DNA of 3,518 nt, taken from Escherichia coli (GTDB lineage Bacteria; Pseudomonadota; Gammaproteobacteria; Enterobacterales; Enterobacteriaceae). This document shows positions 1 through 3,518 of this stretch, piece after piece (position 1 is the stretch's first letter; every line of letters begins with the position of its first letter). Position numbers and translations under genes: made by a program. The notes under the pieces were generated by a model, which had not been told where the DNA came from, did not search any database, and worked only from the letters and a program-made list of their open reading frames with translations. The stretch lies in the NCBI RefSeq assembly GCF_003334355.1, contig NZ_QOWP01000070.1; one strand, written 5' to 3'.

Positions 1-37
1 ATGCTTCCATCGGAAACGATGATCTGGCAGCCTGAGT

Positions 38-631
38 TCACAGATAAAACACTCTCCAGGAAACCCGGGGCGGTTCACGATGTTCAATAAAAGCATACCG
101 GACGACGGCATCGCCATAAATTTGTGCCTGGTGGACAATACGCGAGGCGCTAACCCTTGCGCGATCATAAATTTGTAGCAGGAGTTGATGGTCGGGCGTT
201 AAGCCTTGTGCGGCGACGATCATAGAATGTTGATCAATTAAGGCGTGACCAAATATTCTACATTGCCCGTAAACTAATGAGTCATGAATGGTGACACTGT
301 CACTTATATATGCACCCTGGCTGATTTCACTATTATCGATCCAGACATTATCCGTTGCGTGAACCTCTCCCCACAGCACGCTGGTGCCGGTGATACGCGT
401 ATTACCGGAAATCACCGTTCCGCCGAACGCAATAGCATTCTGGTCGTAAATCCAGCAATTTCCTTCCTGTGCTAACACCGTTTCGCGATCGATCCAGCCG
501 CCAGCGGTTCCTGCTATCACATCGTTAAAATCGCTAATGGCGATAATCTGCCGTAATAACACACTTTTTTTAGTGCCATCTTCCTGATAACTAAAGGCTC
601 GCTGTTCTTCACTTAGACGATATTTGCGCAT
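38..631 (-). CDS. ydcK: YdcK-like hexapeptide-repeat (left-handed beta-helix) acyl/acetyltransferase-family protein; 197-aa ORF, probably a frameshift-truncated copy of a longer gene (possible pseudogene)
   Basis: Minus-strand ORF from the track (ATG is the complement of 629-631, TGA the complement of 38-40). The translation is full of [LIV]-G-x-x-[STAV]-x type repeats ([46 protein letters not shown]). It is divergent from tehA, as ydcK is in E. coli. A second minus-strand frame stays open from about position 74 to the window edge and still looks repeat-like ([23 protein letters not shown]). Confidence 0.6.
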   Translation of the reverse strand: MRKYRLSEEQRAFSYQEDGTKKSVLLRQIIAISDFNDVIAGTAGGWIDRETVLAQEGNCWIYDQNAIAFGGTVISGNTRITGTSVLWGEVHATDNVWIDNSEISQGAYISDSVTIHDSLVYGQCRIFGHALIDQHSMIVAAQGLTPDHQLLLQIYDRARVSASRIVHQAQIYGDAVVRYAFIEHREPPRVSWRVFYL

Positions 632-754
632 AGCGTTTTCCCACAGGTGACTTACTATAACCGTAGCAAATTCTGCGGCTCTGGCTATGCTCGAGAAAAT
701 TCCATAAAATGCATTTCAAATATACTTTATAAATTAAACAAAATGAGTAAGAAG
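632..754. promoter_or_regulatory. Divergent intergenic region between ydcK and tehA; expected to hold both promoters. Only weak -10-like hexamers are visible (TATACT 721-726, TAAAAT 705-710) with no convincing -35 partner.
   Basis: 123-bp non-coding gap between two divergently oriented start codons. The box assignments are by eye only. Confidence 0.3.
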
Positions 755-1747
755 ATGCAGAGCGATAAAGTGCTCAATTTGCCGGCAGGCTACTTTGGTA
801 TTGTGTTGGGGACGATAGGGATGGGATTTGCCTGGCGCTATGCCAGCCAGGTTTGGCAGGTCAGCCACTGGTTAGGGGATGGGCTGGTGATTCTGGCGAT
901 GATCATCTGGGGATTATTAACTAGCGCATTTATTACCCGACTCATACGCTTTCCGCATAGCGTGCTGGCGGAAGTTCGCCATCCAGTGCTGAGCAGTTTT
1001 GTGAGTTTGTTTCCGGCAACGACGATGCTGGTGGCGATTGGTTTTGTTCCGTGGTTTCGCCCACTGGCGGTGTGCCTGTTCAGTTTTGGTGTCGTGGTTC
1101 AGTTGGCTTATGCCGCCTGGCAAACTGCGGGATTATGGCGCGGATCTCACCCTGAAGAAGCTACCACGCCTGGACTGTATCTGCCGACAGTTGCCAACAA
1201 CTTTATCAGCGCAATGGCCTGTGGTGCGTTGGGCTACACCGACGCCGGTCTGGTGTTTTTAGGCGCAGGCGTTTTCTCATGGCTAAGCCTTGAACCGGTG
1301 ATCTTGCAGCGTCTGCGCAGTTCGGGAGAATTACCCACGGCACTGCGGACATCACTCGGCATTCAGCTCGCTCCTGCGCTGGTGGCCTGTAGTGCCTGGC
1401 TGAGCGTCAACGGCGGCGAGGGTGACACGCTGGCGAAAATGCTTTTCGGTTATGGACTGCTGCAACTGCTGTTTATGCTACGTCTGATGCCATGGTATCT
1501 CTCCCAGCCATTTAATGCTTCATTCTGGAGTTTCTCGTTCGGCGTATCTGCACTGGCAACCACCGGTTTGCATCTGGGGAGTGGCAGCGATAATGGATTT
1601 TTCCATACGCTGGCGGTGCCGCTGTTTATCTTTACCAATTTTATTATTGCAATACTGCTCATCCGTACTTTTGCGCTTCTGATGCAGGGAAAATTGTTAG
1701 TCAGAACCGAGCGCGCCGTTTTAATGAAAGCAGAGGACAAAGAATGA
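755..1747 (+). CDS. tehA: Tellurite resistance protein TehA; TDT-family inner-membrane anion transporter, homologue of plant SLAC1 channels
   Basis: Long plus ORF (track 647..1747) encoding a strongly hydrophobic multi-pass membrane protein that I recognise as TehA. Start placed at ATG 755 ([19 protein letters not shown]...), which gives 330 aa and has a purine-rich GAGTAAGAAG just upstream. In-frame ATG 743 and GTG 647 are alternatives. The TGA stop at 1745-1747 overlaps the tehB ATG. Confidence 0.9.
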   Translation: MQSDKVLNLPAGYFGIVLGTIGMGFAWRYASQVWQVSHWLGDGLVILAMIIWGLLTSAFITRLIRFPHSVLAEVRHPVLSSFVSLFPATTMLVAIGFVPWFRPLAVCLFSFGVVVQLAYAAWQTAGLWRGSHPEEATTPGLYLPTVANNFISAMACGALGYTDAGLVFLGAGVFSWLSLEPVILQRLRSSGELPTALRTSLGIQLAPALVACSAWLSVNGGEGDTLAKMLFGYGLLQLLFMLRLMPWYLSQPFNASFWSFSFGVSALATTGLHLGSGSDNGFFHTLAVPLFIFTNFIIAILLIRTFALLMQGKLLVRTERAVLMKAEDKE

Positions 1748-2337
1748 TCATTCGTGACGAAAACTATTTTACTGATAAATATGAATTAACCCGCACACAC
1801 TCTGAAGTACTGGAAGCGGTGAAAGTGGTTAAACCGGGTAAAACGCTGGATCTGGGCTGTGGCAATGGTCGTAACAGTCTTTACCTGGCAGCCAATGGTT
1901 ATGATGTTGACGCATGGGATAAAAATGCCATGAGTATCGCCAACGTCGAGCGCATTAAATCTATTGAAAATCTGGATAATTTACACACTCGGGTCGTTGA
2001 TCTGAATAACCTCACATTTGCTGGACAGTACGATTTTATTCTTTCGACTGTGGTGCTGATGTTCCTTGAGGCTAAAACCATCCCAGGGCTGATTGCCAAT
2101 ATGCAACGTTGCACGAAACCTGGCGGTTACAACCTGATTGTGGCGGCGATGGATAGCGCTGATTATCCATGTACCGTCGGCTTCCCGTTTGCCTTCAAAG
2201 AGAGAGAATTACGTCGATATTACGAAGGCTGGGAGATGGTGAAATACAATGAAGACGTCGGCGAGCTGCACCGCACCGACGCCAACGGTAATCGTATTAA
2301 ACTGCGTTTCGCCACGATGCTGGCACGTAAAAAATGA
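1744..2337 (+). CDS. tehB: Tellurite resistance protein TehB; class I SAM-dependent methyltransferase
   Basis: 197-aa ORF. SAM-binding motif I LDLGCGNG at 1846-1869 ([17 protein letters not shown]). The overall sequence matches what I know as E. coli TehB. Its start overlaps the tehA stop in ATGA (1744-1747), and AGAGGA lies about 10 nt upstream inside tehA. Confidence 0.95.
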   Translation: MIIRDENYFTDKYELTRTHSEVLEAVKVVKPGKTLDLGCGNGRNSLYLAANGYDVDAWDKNAMSIANVERIKSIENLDNLHTRVVDLNNLTFAGQYDFILSTVVLMFLEAKTIPGLIANMQRCTKPGGYNLIVAAMDSADYPCTVGFPFAFKERELRRYYEGWEMVKYNEDVGELHRTDANGNRIKLRFATMLARKK

Positions 2338-2343
2338 CCCGGT

Positions 2344-2398
2344 AAGAACAAAGCGCGTGAAAATTCCCCACGCTGAGATGGTTTACTGTTCTTCTTTT
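2344..2398 (+). terminator. Weak candidate stem-loop with T-tract downstream of tehB
   Basis: AAGAACA (2344-2350) pairs with TGTTCTT (2387-2393), enclosing an inner GCGTG/CACGC stem (2355-2359 with 2369-2373), followed by CTTTT (2394-2398). The outer stem is AT-rich and the loop large, so this is not a canonical intrinsic terminator. Confidence 0.2.
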
Positions 2399-2497
2399 CG
2401 GTAAGCATATTTTTTATCGAAGGGATGTGAAATTAATCACAGTAGTCGAAGTTTTTTAGCAGCTTAACTAACTGAAATTTAACTACTGATGATTGAC

Positions 2498-2543
2498 TTA
2501 GCCCCTTTTTCGGCATTGACTATGTCGTCTGAAAAGGGGCTAA
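2498..2543. repeat. Perfect 12-bp inverted repeat (TTAGCCCCTTTT / AAAAGGGGCTAA) separated by 22 nt, in the tehB-ydcL spacer
   Basis: Arms 2498-2509 and 2532-2543 are exact reverse complements. The 7-mer ATTGACT occurs as a direct repeat at 2492-2498 and 2515-2521, the second copy inside the loop. An A6 run follows, not a T-run. Confidence 0.5.
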
Positions 2544-2594
2544 AAAATTTATTTTCACCAACACTTTTTTTGCCACAACACGAAGCGGCGCTTT

Positions 2595-2631
2595 TTGCTA
2601 TAACTTAAAAAGTAATATAATCATCTCAGGA
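2595..2631 (+). promoter_or_regulatory. Candidate ydcL promoter and ribosome-binding site: -35-like TTGCTA (2595-2600), consensus -10 TATAAT (2616-2621), Shine-Dalgarno AGGA (2628-2631) 8 nt before the ATG
   Basis: Exact TATAAT hexamer 19 nt upstream of the ydcL start, and AGGA at canonical spacing. The -35 match is weak and the spacer is only 15 bp, so the promoter call is tentative; the RBS is solid. Confidence 0.3.
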
Positions 2632-2639
2632 AACTATTC

Positions 2640-3308
2640 ATGCGTACCACATCATTTGCGAAAGTTGCAGCTTTATGCGGCTTATTGGCTCTGTCTGGTT
2701 GTGCCTCTAAAATCACCCAGCCAGATAAATATTCTGGTTTTTTAAACAATTACTCTGATTTAAAAGAAACAACCTCGGCTACAGGTAAACCTGTTTTACG
2801 TTGGGTAGACCCGAGTTTTGATCAAAGCAAATATGACAGCATCGTCTGGAACCCAATCACTTATTATCCGGTACCGAAACCGTCGACCCAGGTAGGGCAG
2901 AAAGTTCTGGATAAAATTTTGAACTATACCAACACCGAAATGAAAGAAGCGATAGCGCAGCGTAAACCACTGGTTACCACCGCTGGGCCGCGTAGTCTGA
3001 TTTTCCGTGGGGCCATTACCGGTGTAGATACCAGCAAAGAAGGGCTGCAATTCTATGAAGTGGTTCCTGTTGCATTAGTGGTTGCGGGGACGCAAATGGC
3101 TACAGGCCACCGTACCATGGATACTCGCCTCTATTTTGAAGGTGAGCTGATTGATGCAGCGACTAATAAACCGGTTATCAAAGTCGTTCGTCAGGGCGAA
3201 GGTAAAGACCTGAATAACGAAAGTACGCCAATGGCTTTCGAAAATATTAAACAAGTTATTGATGACATGGCGACCGATGCCACCATGTTTGACGTTAACA
3301 AAAAGTAG
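2640..3308 (+). CDS. ydcL: Lipoprotein YdcL (DUF3313-type, function unknown); probable outer-membrane lipoprotein
   Basis: 222-aa ORF. The N-terminus MRTTSFAKVAALCGLLALSGCAS is a signal peptide with lipobox L-S-G-C (2691-2702); Ala at +2 predicts Lol sorting to the outer membrane. Good SD, TAG stop at 3306-3308. Confidence 0.9.
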   Translation: MRTTSFAKVAALCGLLALSGCASKITQPDKYSGFLNNYSDLKETTSATGKPVLRWVDPSFDQSKYDSIVWNPITYYPVPKPSTQVGQKVLDKILNYTNTEMKEAIAQRKPLVTTAGPRSLIFRGAITGVDTSKEGLQFYEVVPVALVVAGTQMATGHRTMDTRLYFEGELIDAATNKPVIKVVRQGEGKDLNNESTPMAFENIKQVIDDMATDATMFDVNKK

Positions 3309-3316
3309 TTCCAGAC

Positions 3317-3341
3317 GCGCCATCGTTAGATGGCGCTTTTT
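3317..3341 (+). terminator. Rho-independent terminator downstream of ydcL
   Basis: Perfect 8-bp stem GCGCCATC (3317-3324) with GATGGCGC (3329-3336), 4-nt loop GTTA, then TTTTT (3337-3341). It starts 9 nt after the ydcL stop. Confidence 0.6.
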
Positions 3342-3518
3342 ATCCGGTGCGCCGTAAAACCCCATCCTTCAGGGCGGGGATATAAGGCGCGGTTTTCCAC
3401 CTGACCAGGTGTTTGCTGTTGTTCAATGTATTGGCGGATGACGGATATTGGCGCACCTCCGCAGCTACTGGCAAAATAGCCAGGACTCCACAAAACGCCT
3501 TTGTAGTAATACCTGACT
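3326..3518 (-). CDS. tnpA: IS200/IS605-family transposase TnpA (Y1 HUH tyrosine transposase), C-terminal fragment; gene continues beyond the 3' edge of the window
   Basis: Minus-strand frame open from the window edge to TAA (complement of 3326-3328). It translates to VRYYYKGVLWSPGYFASSCGGAPISVIRQYIEQQQTPGQVENRALYPRPEGWGFTAHRIKSAI*. The stretch LWSPGYFASSCGGAPISVIRQYIEQQQ matches the conserved C-terminal helix of IS200/IS605 TnpA that carries the catalytic tyrosine, as I recall it from IS608 TnpA (not an aligned comparison). The ORF track omits it because no start codon lies within the window. Confidence 0.6.
   Translation of the reverse strand, partial: VRYYYKGVLWSPGYFASSCGGAPISVIRQYIEQQQTPGQVENRALYPRPEGWGFTAHRIKSAI
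3344..3518 (-). mobile_element. End of an IS200/IS605-family insertion sequence (IS609-like), partial; exact junction with the chromosome uncertain, roughly 3309-3349
   Basis: Contains the TnpA C-terminus and an adjacent imperfect palindrome. A TTTAT pentanucleotide sits at 3339-3343; this family inserts 3' of short AT-rich target motifs. An IS609 copy downstream of ydcL is known in E. coli K-12. Confidence 0.4.
3349..3390. repeat. Imperfect palindrome: 19-nt arms (3349-3367 and 3372-3390) with a 4-nt loop; candidate subterminal hairpin of the IS200/IS605-family element
   Basis: Pairing the arms gives 14 Watson-Crick pairs plus one G-T, with mismatches spread through the stem. IS200/IS605 ends carry imperfect subterminal hairpins of this kind, recognised by TnpA. 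It overlaps the last codons of tnpA. Confidence 0.4.

Noticed and set aside
284-475. 63-aa plus-strand ORF
   Set aside because: Lies entirely antisense within the ydcK-like coding region; no SD, low-complexity translation; shadow ORF.
917-1262. ORFs 917..1123 (-) and 1038..1262 (+) inside tehA
   Set aside because: Embedded in or antisense to the well-supported tehA frame; Arg/His-rich or odd composition typical of off-frame translation of a GC-rich membrane-protein gene.
1450-1740. 96-aa minus-strand ORF antisense to the tehA 3' end
   Set aside because: Fully overlapped by tehA on the opposite strand, no RBS; shadow ORF.
1899-2408. Minus-strand ORFs 1899..2114 and 2220..2408
   Set aside because: Antisense to tehB (the second runs slightly into the spacer); no independent support.
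2488-2607. 39-codon plus-strand ORF (MIDLAPFSALTMSSEKGLKNLFSPTLFLPQHEAALFAIT) in the tehB-ydcL spacer
   Set aside because: No Shine-Dalgarno sequence and it spans the inverted repeat; most likely non-coding.
2796-3365. Minus-strand ORFs 2796..3050 and 3075..3365
   Set aside because: Antisense to ydcL; the second runs through the terminator hairpin. The ydcL frame has the signal peptide, lipobox and SD, so these are shadow ORFs.
3341-3392. Possible REP (repetitive extragenic palindrome) element, suggested by TTATCCGG and ATAAGGCG octamers
   Set aside because: The motif order and spacing do not match a canonical REP unit, and the region is better explained as tnpA coding sequence plus an IS subterminal palindrome.
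3340-3518. Alternative minus-strand frame ending at TAA (complement of 3340-3342), encoding a hydrophobic peptide (...ITTKAFCGVLAILPVAAEV...) that could be the C-terminus of a convergent membrane transporter such as ydcO
   Set aside because: The neighbouring frame gives a far more specific match to the IS200/IS605 TnpA catalytic helix. Both frames are open, so this cannot be fully excluded without a search.
3386-3518. Plus-strand open frame running to the window edge (GAVFHLTRCLLLFNVLADDGYW...)
   Set aside because: No start codon or RBS; it is the antisense shadow of the tnpA frame.
1-3518. CRISPR arrays, tRNA or rRNA genes
   Set aside because: No regularly spaced direct repeats, no cloverleaf-compatible segments and no rRNA-like sequence seen anywhere in the window.

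Overview
This 3.5-kb window reads as an Escherichia coli/Shigella-like chromosomal segment carrying the cryptic tellurite-resistance locus, with no sign of a wholly new system. From left to right: the 5' part of a ydcK-like hexapeptide-repeat gene on the minus strand, whose frame stops inside the window (probable frameshift); tehA (TDT/SLAC1-type membrane transporter) and tehB (SAM-dependent methyltransferase) as a 4-bp-overlapping pair; a 302-bp untranslated spacer containing a perfect 12-bp inverted repeat; the lipoprotein gene ydcL with a clean hairpin terminator; and at the 3' edge the end of an IS200/IS605-family insertion sequence, recognised from the C-terminal catalytic helix of a Y1 (HUH) transposase TnpA on the minus strand. 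That transposase fragment is absent from the ORF track because its start lies outside the window. No rRNA, tRNA or CRISPR array is visible. The points most worth a second look are the IS end abutting ydcL, its candidate subterminal hairpin, and the ydcK frame disruption. All identifications are from reading the sequence and from recalled family knowledge; no database search was run.
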